DNA of 64,000 nt from assembly GCA_951406725.2 (NCBI GenBank), contig OX597821.1, positions 58,032,001 through 58,096,000 of the forward strand, in the 5' to 3' direction. The notes under the pieces are model-generated. The model was not told the DNA's origin. It saw only the letters and a list, made by a program, of their open reading frames with translations, and ran no database searches. Position 1 is the stretch's first letter. The number at the start of each line of letters is the position of its first letter. The translations under genes and the position numbers were made by a program. Of this stretch, positions 12,300 through 27,022 are shown in pieces. Source of the DNA: Octopus vulgaris (Eukaryota).

Positions 12300-13289
12300 C
12301 TCATGGTCACCTCTGTATGGTAAATTTGCCAAATGTCTGAAATTACACGAATATATGCTGTCATGGCGATAACATTTAAACTGCTTGATTGTTTTTACTG
12401 GAACAAACATTATTTGATACTTTAGATTTTTTCTATGCATCTTACAATGAGGATATAAATCGATGTTATAGCACTACATAAAAAGATGATTTACTTTCAT
12501 TCGTTATATTTTCTTCATTGTCTAAAAGACAGTCCAGAATATTATTAATTGGGTTAACGATCATATTAAGATAAGAAATAAACGAATTTGAATATAAAAT
12601 CATACACAATATTTGAAACTTCAAGTCACTGGAGATTAATAAATGATTGGATAGTTTTATATCTTATGAATGCTTGCTCATTGATAAAATGGAAGGTCCG
12701 ATTTCGCTAAAATAAATATGGAATGCTTACATTAACAGAATAAAACTAACAACAAAAGTTTATTGGAATTATTAAAATATTATATCAAGCAATTAACAAA
12801 GCTGCTAACAAAGCATGACGCTTCATCATATTAGAACATTTAAGGAATAACTGGAATAGTTACAGTACTAAAAACCAAGTTTGAAAAAGATTGCCTATTG
12901 AGCAACATATCAGGCACCTGATGGGATTCTGAAGAATGGAATGAAGCTAGCTGGAGACTAATGGATATTAGATTATATTAAGTGGGGCCCAACATACATA
13001 TTGCAGGGAGTCCAAAAGATATTAATCAATTAAACTTCCGTTCGTAATGGAAATAACCAATAGCGGAAGTATTAATTCTTGACAAAGATAAAGGGAAACA
13101 AATCGGAAATTCTAATTGATTAAATAATTCTATCTATTTTAGACACTGAGTCTAAAATTTTGTGGGGAGGTGGATAATCAATTACACCCACGCCTTGGCT
13201 CATCTGTTACTTGTTTTATCCACCCTGAAAGGATGATAGGCACAGTTGACATTCGCGTCTTTCATCCTTGTAGGATCGCTAGAATAAGT

Positions 13290-13375
13290 ATCAGACGGGT
13301 AGTCATGATGGGTATACTGGGTTTCGTATATTTTACCCCAGTGTCACTTTGATGGCATGCACTGCTCTCTCACTC
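13290..13375 (+). mobile_element. 3' end of TAA-associated non-coding retroelement (family F)
   Basis: tcagacgggtagtcatgatgggtatactgg...ctctctcactca followed by (ATA)n; same sequence at 18692 and 26470. Confidence 0.8.
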
Positions 13376-13449
<74 letters not shown>

Positions 13450-13507
13450 TAATAATGATAATAATAATAATAATAATATTCATAATAATAATAATAATAA
13501 TAATAAT

Positions 13508-14113
<606 letters not shown>

Positions 14114-14548
14114 CGACATGATCGACATGAGCATCCCCTGTGATCATAATATCTCGGTGAAAGAGTTTGACAAGCTCAGAAAATATAAAGATCTGCTCAT
14201 TGAAATTGAGAAAATGTGGCATCTCAAGGCGGTTACAATACCAGTGATCGTAGGAGCACTAGGAATGATCAAGAAGGGAACCGAAAATTATATGAGAATG
14301 ATCCCTGGCTTACCATCCCTGCAAGAAGTGCAAAAGATTGTCTTAACTGGTACATCACACGTATTGAGAAGAGCATTGTCGCTGTGAGAGCTATTACTGC
14401 CCATGTATTTTAATTTAACCTTAAAAAAAAAAAAATTTTTTAAATGAACGAACTATTGAGTTTGGTTTAATGGCCTGCCAATGTATATTATGAGTTTCTT
14501 TGCCCTAGGGGTCGGGAAGACGCTCGGCAAGAAATGGAAGCAAATTTG
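14114..14548 (+). mobile_element. R4/Dong-like LINE 3' end (subfamily b)
   Basis: IDMSIPCDHNISVKEFDKLRKYKDLLIEIEKMWHLKAVTIPVIVGALG...LQEVQKIVLTGTSHVLRRAL. Confidence 0.9.
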
Positions 14549-16062
<1,514 letters not shown>

Positions 16063-16235
16063 AATAACAATAATAATAATAATAATAAAAAGATCGACCC
16101 CATTGCTCAAATGGTACTCATTTTATCGACTTCGAGAGGATGAGAAAAATAATAATAGTGGTTAACTGGTTAGGAGTCCGTCATAAAGAATAACACAAAC
16201 GAATAATAGAAATGAAACTCGAAGTAAGACTAGAG

Positions 16236-16454
16236 CAGTGGTTTTCAACCAGGGTTCCGCGGAACCTTAGGGTTCCACCAGTACAGTCCAGGGGTTCCGC
16301 AAGAAGTTACAAAAATGCTAAAATCGACAGTAATTTTTAATTCTCCTGTGCAGATATGTGTGCATAAGACAATTAAATTATTGCACAGGGTTTCCTCGAG
16401 CCAGTGAAATGTTTTCTTGGGGTTCCGCTCCAGCAAAAAGGTTGAAAAGCACTG
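16236..16454. mobile_element. hAT (Charlie/Buster-like) MITE, 219 bp
   Basis: TIR cagtggttttcaacc/ggttgaaaagcactg; perfect 8-bp TSD gactagag at 16228-16235 and 16455-16462; internal ggggttccgc repeats. Confidence 0.93.
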
Positions 16455-16944
16455 GACTAGAGAAACCTTATGGACAGGACAATACAGTCGGTGAGAACGA
16501 CTCTCAGCGCTTTTAATGAGATTAAAACTTATGCTGCCAGAAGTAATTATGAAGTAGTCTTAGGCTGTAACAGGAAATTACTGTAGCAATAAAACAACTG
16601 AATGATCCAGTAATGGAATTGTTTGTGTATATTTGTGTGGTATTTTATGAGCAATTTAGTGATATGTGTTCCTTGTTTCAGTCATCGGACTGCTCCGGTG
16701 GTGAGGTTTAGTCAAATAAATCGACCCTAAAACTTATTTAAGTCTGGATGTATTCTAATGATCCCTATTGTCGGACCGTTAAATTAGGGAACCACAAACA
16801 AACCAACGACTTTAGGACTAACACATACTGACGCACACACACAAGCATACACACACATACACTCACACACACATACATATATATGTAAGTATATGTGTGT
16901 GTATGTATATATATATATATGTATGTGTACATATATTATATATA

Positions 16945-16990
<46 letters not shown>

Positions 16991-16993
<3 letters not shown>

Positions 16994-17370
16994 TACCGTC
17001 AGAAATTAATTAGCACCCTTGATTTGCTCTTCACTCAAGGTATGTGCTGTCACCTAGTGGCCATATCTCGAACTATTGCTTTGTTGCGAGTTCACTGTTG
17101 CGCAGAACGATGACGTAACTTTGTTTGCAGAGCAGTTTGAGAGTCTACAGCCTAATGATGTTGACACAGCAGTGCAACAACAACTTGGAGTGTGGATGCA
17201 GACAAATCTTCCTTTGTTTAATAGATATAGGTAGCGCCTCGCAAGGACCGAAATCACACCGTACTAAGTTTTCTCATCGCGTAAGACGTTTTGAACAGCT
17301 CATAGGTTAATTGATTTAACCTATTTAATGTAGAAATTTGAGAAGTGCTAATTAATTTCTGACGTAAGTG
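16991..17370. mobile_element. Tc1/mariner-type MITE in (TA)n
   Basis: ~26-bp TIR cactaccgtcagaaattaattagcac / gtgctaattaatttctgacgtaagtg with TA flanks. Confidence 0.88.
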
Positions 17371-17396
17371 TATATATATATATATATATACATATA

Positions 17397-17780
17397 AGCG
17401 CAGAAGTGGGGGTGTGGTTAGGAGCTTGCTTCCCAACCACATGGTACTGGATTCAATCCCTTCGCGTGGCACCTTGGGCTGCTGTCTTTTACTATAGCCT
17501 CGGGCCAATCAAAGCCTAGTGAGTGGATTTGATCGACAGAAATTAAAAGCCCCGTCGTGTATGTAAGTGTATATCCGTGTGTCTGTCCCACATCACCGCG
17601 TGACAACAGGTGTTGGTGTGTTTATATCCCCGTAACATAGCGGTTCGGCTAGAGAGATCGATACAGTAAGTACTAGGCTTTAAAAAATAAAACTACAGAG
17701 GTCGATTTATTCGACTAAAATACTCCTAGGCGGTGCCTCAGCATGGCCGCAGTCTAATGACTGAAACCAGGAAAAGAGAA
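17397..17780 (+). mobile_element. SINE family A (diverged)
   Basis: Head, body and tail as in the other family A copies. Confidence 0.85.
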
Positions 17781-17818
17781 AAAAGTGTAAAAAGTGTAAA
17801 GAATTTTCGCTGTTATAT

Positions 17819-18036
17819 GAAAAGGATGGTATTCCATTAAGACCTATAGTGAGCTGTAGAGGTTCAGCATGTCATCCACTGAGCGGCTTCGTTGCGGATA
17901 TAATCAGTCCATTAGCAGGAAAGTCAACATCGTACGTGAAGAATTCCACCCACTTCACAGAATTGATCAAGGATACCCCCATTGAATATCAACCAGATGG
18001 TGAGTCTAGATGTGATAAGCCTGTTCACCAAAGTCC
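17819..18036 (+). mobile_element. Penelope-like RT fragment
   Basis: KDGIPLRPIVSCRGSACHPLSGFVADIISPL...MVSLDVISLFTKV; near-identical to 22815-23025 in reverse. Confidence 0.9.
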
Positions 18037-18452
18037 AAAAGAACAGGATTATTGTCTGAAGCGTCAATAAGGCTGCACTTTTCCTTCCTCTTGAAACTTG
18101 CGGTTATGTCCTTTTGTTAGGTGGAGCTGGTCTCAGTTATCATTTGGTAATTGTGACAAATCCTATAGAGGTGGAAATAATTTTAATAAATCAAGAATTA
18201 TATGTTTTATGGTATATGATATACCTGTATTTGTCTATGTTTTTCCTATGTGTGTCACTAATCATTCTCAGTAATTTCTCTTCGCTATTTTTTGTCTAAT
18301 TTATATATGATGTAACTCGCTTGTTTTCTTATATCGTATTATAACTGTACTACGTTTTAGTTTTAATTTAGAACAATGCATTCGATGTTGTTAAGTTATT
18401 GGTTTCCATGTGACAATTAAAGATCATTCTTTTTCGTGATATTATTATTATA

Positions 18453-18488
<36 letters not shown>

Positions 18489-18489
18489 T

Positions 18490-18672
18490 AGTTTTATTTT
18501 TATAGCGTGCTTTCACTTCACTACCGAGCACAGCTTTGTGTGCCTTGGGTATGTGCTGTGATTTGTTGTGATGCTCTGATGGTTATTGTATGGAAAGTGT
18601 TCTGCGTAGGATGTGTGCAGTGCCTAGTAGTGCAATTTTCTGTATGTTATATGTGTTTGTAAGTCCTGGTGT
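18490..18672 (-). mobile_element. R4/Dong-like 3' end (subfamily a)
   Basis: Reverse complement of 13810-13980, between (TTA)n tracts. Confidence 0.85.
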
Positions 18673-18691
18673 TATTATTATTATTATTATT

Positions 18692-18901
18692 GAGTGAGAG
18701 AGCAGTTCATGCCATCAAAGTGACACTGGGGTAAAATATACGAAGCCCAATATACCCATCGTGACTACCTGTCTGATAAGGGTACACCAGGCACATGCAT
18801 CACAACCATATGTGCGCGACATGGTGATCTCATATCAAGATAAACAGCACATGACCTTGCAGGTGGGGCCCAGTTAGAATTTTCTTCAGGTTGAGTAGCC
18901 C
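18692..18901 (-). mobile_element. Family F TAA-associated retroelement, 5'-truncated
   Basis: Matches 26470-26680; (TTA)n on both sides. Confidence 0.85.
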
Positions 18902-18959
<58 letters not shown>

Positions 18960-20053
18960 TATCATTCTCATCATCGTCATCATCATCAACATCATCATAA
19001 TCGACCTCAATATACTTTTTTCCGTTTCTTAATCAAATGTTACGTTTTACTGAAAATATATTGGTGCGTCTTTCGCTCACTCTCAAGTGCATTAAAGCAT
19101 AAAGTGATACGTTTCTCAACAGACACTTTTCACCACATAACAGAATCATTATAACAAGAATTATATCGTTATAAACCCCCCAAAAAAAACATCAACATTA
19201 ATATTAATAACGATGATGATACTAATATTGCTATTGTCAACAAGAACAGCAGCAACGAACACTTATAGAATTAAAAGTTTCCCTCTAATTGGACATTTTA
19301 TGCATTAACAAAGCGGTCCATCAGAGTAATAACAGGCGTGTGTTTCCAAGCAAGTCAAGTAGCTTTCGAAATGTATTCAATAATTACTTCTTATAATTGA
19401 TTTACATCGTAACTATTGTAGCTACTCGAGTTTGACGACTTTCAAGATACCAGTTGAAGTAATGAATTTGATGTGAAGAATTTTTTTTTATAGAAAAAGT
19501 AAAGCCAAATTGCGTTTCGTAACGTTTTGCCCAATAAAAAATATGAAAAACTGTTGTCATTAACAATGCATATTTTAATGGAGCTTCCGTATGTATCCCT
19601 GTATATATAACCAAAACATAGCCATTCCTTCTCTTCACTAGTTATACCACCTTCCTTAAGTAACCCATCGCAGACAAATACAAACAAAGGAATAAAGATG
19701 ACGGTATTAAATTTATTATTCAGTTACGACCGTTTCGATAATTAGTGGAGATGTTATATTAGGCAACATAGAGCACACAAATAAATTAGTTTATACAAAA
19801 TTATATATTAACTGAAATTTTCCACCAACTTTCTCAATTAGACTGAACGTAAATGCAGTACTAACATACATAGACGAATTAGAGAAGTTACTATAATGAG
19901 GTGGGGGTGCTTATAATGTCAAAGTAATAAATTGAATGAAGTTGTCTCATTATCAGAGATAGATTCTGCCGAAGGGACCATGAAGACAAAGTGTCGCCTT
20001 AGTTCCATTCGTTAGATCTACTGTGAACCACCAGGGGAACTAATTGGTAGACT

Positions 20054-20250
20054 ATGTGTGTGTGTTTGTGTGTGTGTGTGTATGCGTGCGTGCGTGCGTG
20101 CGTGCGTGCGTGTGCGTGCGTGCGTACGTGTGCGTACGTGCGTGCGTGTGCGTGCGTGCGTGTGCGTGCGTGCGTGTGCGTGCGTGCGTGCGTGTGCGTG
20201 CGTGCGTGCGTGTGCGTGCGTGCGTGTGCGTGCGTGCGTGTGCGTGCGTG
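20054..20250. repeat. (GT)n/(GTGC)n microsatellite
   Basis: Direct reading; source of the spurious ORFs at 20018-20425. Confidence 0.95.
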
Positions 20251-20890
20251 CTATTGGAGAGATAAGCAAAGAGATGGAGTGGGCATTTTCAAAGAAGCGA
20301 TGGTCTACCTCTGTATTCTTGGAAGTGGCATTAATAGGAGGAAGACATAAAATAAAAGAAAATTGAGATACAGATAAGATTTGAACTGAGATACAGAACA
20401 AAATAAAGCTACCAGATCGCCACAAGAAATGTGGCTCGATATAATTAGATCAATAAGAGTTCAAATTAAATCATTAGTTAAGAAATAAAGATTAGTTAAG
20501 TAGGAATAATTAAAATGTAGAGGCCATTGTAAATAAAATCATGTATGGTAAATTCGGAATAAAACAGTATAAGAACGCTGTCTGTAAATTAGGTCAATTA
20601 GCTAAACAGAATTTTCAAGAGGGGTTTATTGAATTAATGAAGACAACAGATCAATAATTCATTATGGTTATTAATTAGACCTCGTTTTACGTATATCTAA
20701 AGGATATTAAGAGTGTAATATGTTAGTTGATTAGTTGTTCGCCTCTATGGCAAAGGACAGAATCGTTTGCCAGGAAACCATACTGATAATCATTTTTTCT
20801 CGGTAGTGAAAATGAAAGCTACCTCCTTGCAGTGTCTGGGGAGGATCATTATGTCACTAATAAATACAAGTTCTGCTTCTATTTCATTTC

Positions 20891-20924
<34 letters not shown>

Positions 20925-20964
20925 GTTATTATTATTGTTGTTGTTGTTATTGTTATTGTTATTA

Positions 20965-21404
20965 TTGCACAGCTTCTAACGCTGGAGATGTACTACGGTG
21001 TCAGCTGTTCACTACCAGTGAACTAAAGTAACACCTCTTATTTTTAGAGCATCATCCGGAGTGTTCGAGCGGTTTCAAGCAGTGCTGTTTTCTGCAAGTA
21101 CTCCACCCTTACTGCAGCCCTTGTTTGTCCCACGATTTTTACTTACTGTTCCCAGTGCTCCGACAATTATTGGTACTACTACCCCCTTTTCAGTGACGAC
21201 AAGTGCTTAACCTCCCAAGCTAACTTCTTATATCTATCGACTCTTCTCTCCTCATTGTCGCATACCTTGTTGTCAGCTGGGCGTTCGTTTGTTTTCTTTC
21301 TCAATGAACACTATGTCTGGTTTCCTATTCCCATTATCATTTTCGATTATGTTTTCGTTTATGCTTTCGAGTTTATGCTCGTACCACTTTTTGCTCTGTC
21401 AAGT
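20965..21404 (-). mobile_element. R4/Dong-like LINE 3' end (subfamily e)
   Basis: Minus KKWYEHK...RKPDIVFIEKE...RYKKLAWEV...VVPIIVGALG...YLQKTALLETARTLR, with the 3' end at (TTA)n. Confidence 0.8.
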
Positions 21405-23255
21405 CAGTACTATATATAAGAGATGAGGAATTATGTACATTATTTACATTTGACTGATATCTGTTATATATCTCTGTTTGTTCATCAGGTGTCTTGGGGA
21501 AATTTCGAATCTAAGGTATTTTTCGATGTTGTTATTATTATTATCGAACTCGGAAATCGAACTAGGAAATTGGGGTTAGAAGCCCGACTCTTAACCACTA
21601 CGCCATATGCCCGTGGGCAATTATGGAGTGAATTTTAGGCCTTATAAATCTAATATTTTCCGATCCTTCTTTAATACCGGTTCCCATATGCTACTCATAT
21701 CTGCACTCGGTCTGCTTAGGAGGTTGTTGTGTCCTAGCATATGTGCTGCTTCTTTTAGTTTTCGTATTTTCCAGTGGTGTTCTCTGTCTATTATTTTAAC
21801 TTCATCCCACAGGGGGAGGTGGTCTCCATTTTTCCATACATGATTAGCTATACCCGATTTATCAATATCTCCTCATGTCACAGCTTTGCGATGTTCGTCT
21901 ACCTTTATTTTGAAGGAGCAGCATGTTTCACCTTTGTATAACCTATCACAGCTGCATGGGATGGAATACACGCAGTCTTTGGTCATATTCTTTTCTATCG
22001 GTGGTTTTACTCGAAGGAGATATTTACGAAGTGCTGTATTACTCTTGAATACTGTCCTAATGTCATATGGGCTGCATATCTTTTGTATCTTTCGGAGAAG
22101 CCTTTCACATAGAGTAGACCGACTGTGGACAGTTTATTGGTTTCATCCTCTCCTTTCTTCAAAATTGGAGTTGATAGTATATTTTTGGGGTAGTTGTTGC
22201 TTAATAGATTGTTATTGAGTTGGATCATTTCTTCGAGGTGTGTATCACGATCGCTATTCATATTCTTTGCTCGATGTTTTAGACACTGAGCAATTCCTCT
22301 CTTAACACTGTATGGATGGTATGAATTGAAGTTGAGGTACCGTCCAGTGAAGGTCAGCTTGCAGTATACGGATGTCCTGAATCCATACTTGGTGCGTGTT
22401 ATTAATACGTCCAGGAATGCCAGCTGATTGTCTTTTTCCTTTTCCATTGTGAACTGTATGGATGACTTTATTGAGATCACATGATATAACAGCACTTGGA
22501 CATCTTCCTGGTGGGGCCAGAGTATAAAGGTGTCATCAACATATCGCAGCCATAGGGCTGGTTTTAGTGGTGTTGATCCTAAAGCCAAATTCTCAAAATA
22601 TTCCATGTATACATTGGCTATTATCGGTGATAATGGTGAACCCATAGCTAAACCCTCTTCTTGTTGATATGTATCAGTATCCATACTGAAGTAGGTAGTT
22701 TCTACACAGAAGGTCAACATTTTCATCAAGTTTCTTATTGGTATACTAGTGCGTTCATTTAGATGGGTGTCTATCACTAGGTTTTCTTGAATCACCGATA
22801 GTGCCTCACCAGTTGGGACTTTGATGGACAGACTTATCACATCTAGACTCACCATCTGGTTGATATTCAATATCCTTGATCAATTCTGTGAAGTGGGTGG
22901 AATTCTTCACGTGCGATGTTGACTTTCCTGCTAATGGACTGATTATATCCGCAACGAAGCCGCTCAGTGGATGACATGCTGAACCTCTACAGCTCACTAT
23001 AGGTCTTAATGGAATACCATCCTTTTGAATCTTAAGGAGACCGTACATGTGTGGTAGTTTACTGTAGTGTTGAGTCAGTTGTCTGTATTTCATTGATGTA
23101 AAGTGATCCTTGTTCTTTATCAAGATCTGTGACAACTTCCTCTGTTTTCAGAGTTGGGTCTTTCTTTTCTTTGCTGTAGCTACCATCACTTATAAGACTT
23201 GCCAAATTTTCAGAGTAGTCAGACTTGTTCATCACTACTGTAGCATTTCCCTTGA
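21405..23255 (-). mobile_element. Decayed Penelope-like retroelement (RT + GIY-YIG endonuclease + 3' terminal repeat)
   Basis: GNATVVM; LPHMYGL.KI.KDGIPLRPIVS; MVSLDV; AMGSPLSP; WLRYVDDTF; FTMEKE..LAFLDV; then KDCVYSIPCSCDRLYKGET..EHRK (GIY-YIG), with stop at 21642-21644. Contains frameshifts and an internal stop. Confidence 0.93.
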
Positions 23256-23554
23256 TTCACAAGGATGGCATTTCATTAAGACCTATAATGAGGTCTTAAT
23301 GTGCTAAAGTTTCTGCCAGCTCGCCGCCTTAAAGTTAATGTAATATTCTTTTCTACTCTAAGCACAAGGCCCATAACCCTCTCCAAAATCTGATTCAACA
23401 CAAATATTCACATCAAGAATTTTCCAAACCAAATGCAAAAATGTGATATTTTATTTGCATTTATTTGAGTAAAATTTCTTTCTTTTAATTTTTCTTTAAA
23501 TCAAAGATACCTTATGTTACCTTTATCCTTTTGTTTATCTTATACTTGTTCTTT

Positions 23555-23960
23555 TTTTCAGTCATTAGGCTACGGCCATGCTGGGGCACCACTTTGAAGA
23601 ACTTCTAGTCAGATGGATCGACCATAGTATTATTTTCTTTTATTAAACCTGCTGCTTATTCTATCGGTCTCTTTTGTCGAACGTTGAATTACGGAATGGT
23701 GAACACACCAACACTGGTTGCCTAGCGGTGGTGGGGGACAAACACAAAGACACACACAGACGTGTGTGTGTGTGCGTGTCTGTACACGAATATGTGTGCG
23801 TGTGTCTATGTGCGTGTGTATTTGTATATATGTGACAAGCTTCTTTCAGTTTCCGTCTACCAAATCCACAAGCAAAGGCTTCGGTCAGGCCTAGTAGGAT
23901 TGAACCCGGAACCATTTTGTTAGGAAGAAAACTTCTTACCACATGGCCACGCTTGTGCCT
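23555..23960 (-). mobile_element. SINE family A (diverged)
   Basis: Tail ttcagtcattaggctacggccatgctgggg through head gaacccggaacca. Confidence 0.82.
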
Positions 23961-24564
23961 ATAATCAGGAAATCTCTTTCAGACTCCCTTCAACTCCCTT
24001 CAACAAGCGCTTATCTCTTATTTGTAGTGATGTCTTCTCTAAATGCGATGTATTTTTATTTATTTAAAACATAAGCATTAAGCCTTAAATTTATGAGAGC
24101 AATGTAGTCGATTGAACCGACTCTCAATAAATCACTAGTAATTATGTTATTTGCCCCAGGAAGTTGAAAGGCAATATAGACTCTGGTATGATTTGAACTC
24201 GGAACGTTAGAACATGTAAATATATTATAGAACATATTTTGATGAGTGTTCTGCCAATCCTGCAGTCTATGCTTATTTCTTAAGATGTCATTATCTAAAT
24301 GAAATCACAATTTAATGATTACACTCAGCTAATTTCCTCACAGAATTATTAAAATGGTAGTTGATATATTTTAACTTTAAATAGATAATTAAACTTACAT
24401 TTAAAAAAATATTAAAACGTATAAGAGTTTATTAAATTTAAGATAATATGGCAATTAATTTATGAAATGTAATGTAAATCAAGATTTAATATATATTTAT
24501 TAAATTCAGTTTCAATAATTACACATGCTTCTTCTAAAGAGTTTGAATTATTGGTAATAATTAT

Positions 24565-24962
24565 TGGCTGAATCATTACTGCGAGAGGTAAAATGCTTAG
24601 CGGCGTTTTGTCCCTCTTTACATTCTGAGTTCAAACTCCTCCGAGATAAACTTTGCCTTTCATCCTTTGAAGGTTGATAAAATAAGAACCAGTTGAGGAC
24701 TGGAATCGATGTAATCGATTTATCTTCTGCTCTGATTTATCCTCTGGTCTCGTCTCAAAACTTGAAACAAATTCATATTAATTAAGGCGGTGAAATGGCA
24801 AAATCGATACCGCACCGGGTACAATGCTTAACGGCATTTTGTCCTTTACGTTCTGGGTTGCTTTTCATCCTTTCGAGATCGATGAAACAAGAACCAGTTG
24901 AGTACTGAGGACGAAGTAACCGACTTACCCCCACCACCAAATTTTATGACCTTGTGCCACAA
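24565..24962 (+). mobile_element. Two diverged SINE family B copies
   Basis: aaatgcttagcggc..ttctgagttcaaa..ctttgcctttcatcctttgaaggttgataaaataagaaccagttgag, then a second copy from 24785. Confidence 0.75.
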
Positions 24963-25237
24963 TACGAAAGTAATATATAAGATCATGAATGTTACTGAGC
25001 CGCAATTCGGTCAAAACCAAGTAGAATTATCATTGAAGACTTTTCAACCTTACCCATGCCACTTTATTTCTCTTAGACAACACTATCATATGGGCTCGTT
25101 GTTTTTAAGAATATAGGATGTGTAAAAGTTCAAAATTAATTCTGACTGCATGGATAAAATATCCGAGGAAGAATTCAAAAGATAAATAAACGCTAGAGTT
25201 TTTCCTTCAAAGATATAAAATCTCTTTATGCTTTTCC

Positions 25238-25873
25238 TATTTCTTTATTGCCCACAGGGAGCTAAACGTAGAGGAGACAAACAAGGACAGACAAGGGGAT
25301 TAAGTCGATTAGATCGACTCCAGTGCGTAACTGGAACTTATTTAATCGACACCGAAAGGATGAAAGGCAAAGTCGACCTCGGCGGAATTTGAATTCAGAA
25401 CGTAACGGCAGACGAAATACCGCTAAGAATTTTGCCCGGCGTGATAATGTTTCTTTATTTCTTTATTGCCCACAAGGGGCTAAACACGAAGGGGACAAAC
25501 AATGACAGACAAAGGGATTAAGTCAATTACAACGACCCCAGTGCTTAACTGGTGCTTAATTTATCAACGCCCAAAGGATAAAAGGCAAAGTCGGCCTCGG
25601 CGGAATTTGAACTCAGAACGTAACGGCAGACGAAATACCTATTTCTTTACTACCCACAAGGGGCTAAACACAGAGGGGACGGACAAGGACAGACAAACGG
25701 ATTAAGTCGGTTATATCGACCCCAGCGCGTAATTGGTACTTATTTAATCGACCCCGAAAGGATTAAACAACAAAGTCGACCTCGGCGGAATTTGAACTCA
25801 GAACGTAGCGGCAGGCGAAATACCGCTAAGCATTTCTCCCGTTATGCTAACGATTCTGCCAGCTCGCTGCCTT
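25238..25873 (-). mobile_element. Tandem trimer of SINE family B
   Basis: Three successive gtcgacctcggcggaatttgaa(c/t)tcagaacgta units; the full head is only at 25873. Confidence 0.88.
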
Positions 25874-26308
25874 ATGCTTTTCCTATACTGAATCTCTCTG
25901 TGAGCTATATTAAGGGTACGCATGTCTGAGGTGTGATCAGCCATTTCCACATTGATTTCACGTGGAGATCGTTCCGTCAATCCGTCAACGAACTGGAACT
26001 CTTGCTGTCGAAACCGATGGAGTGTCCAAGTGTGTGTGCGCGCGCGTGCGTGTGAGTGTGTGTGCGCGCATGCGTGCGTGAGTGCGATATGATAGGATTG
26101 TGTGCTTTAGGAAATCTGAGCTCGAGACCCACATCTACTTTTGGAACGTTTAAATTTTGTTTGATTCTTGAATTAATGAATGGCACAAATATTTGAAATA
26201 TTTGGTTGCAGTTATTTCTAAAATAAACTAAATCGTAAACAATGTTAGTCTTAGATTTTTTACAATATTTGCATTTGACGGATATTTGTCCTCATCTTGT
26301 TTGTTGTT

Positions 26309-26354
26309 AACACAACGTTTCGGCTGATATACCCTCCAGCCTTCATGAGGTGTC
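26309..26354 (-). ncRNA. Minimal type-I hammerhead ribozyme-like motif (core mutated to CUCAUGA in this copy)
   Basis: Stem I GACAC/GUGUU; core CU(C)AUGA-A; stem II GGCUG/CAGCC; GAAACGUU. The sister copy at 21481-21493 retains CUGAUGA. Confidence 0.65.
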
Positions 26355-26403
26355 TTGGGGAAATTTAGAACCTGGGTTCTCATTCCTAAGGTATTTTTCG
26401 ATG

Positions 26404-26468
<65 letters not shown>

Positions 26469-26469
26469 G

Positions 26470-27022
26470 AGTGAGCGAGCAGGACTTTCCATCAAAGTGA
26501 CACTGGGGTAAAATATACGAAGCCCAGTATACCCATCATGACTACCCGTCTGATAAGGGTACACCAGACACATGCATCACAACCAACTGTGCGCGACATG
26601 GCGATGTCATATCAAGATAATCAGCGCATAACCTTGCAGGTGGGACCAGTTAGAATTTTCTTCCGGTCGAGTAGCCCATCCCGTTCAAAAGGTCCCTGAA
26701 TAAGGATTGTTTAAGGATGTTGAACGAAACACCCATGTTTCCAGAGGTGAATTATTCAAACCTCAAAGAATCCCTCTCGACACATGGCTGTGATGCTCCC
26801 CCACTACTTCTGCTTGTGATCAGAGATGCACATATTTTCAGCCACTAAGGGACATGCTCAACTGGTTCAGGTCAGACAACTGACTAGTAAATCTGTGGTA
26901 TTGAGCAGAATATTTGCTGTCGCTCATCTTTTATACCAAGACAAAATAATGTACATGATAACACTTCCAATCAGTTAAGATCAGAAGCCATGAGAGTCAC
27001 TGCCTGGTACTGCATCAGTGCA
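26470..27022 (-). mobile_element. Family F ~550-bp non-coding element inserted in (TTA)n
   Basis: Flanked by TTA repeats on both sides; shares its 3' end with 13290 and 18692. Confidence 0.82.

Noticed and set aside
12600-13120. Purine-rich stretch that may be a very old LINE
   Set aside because: Too degenerate to recover any diagnostic motif by eye.
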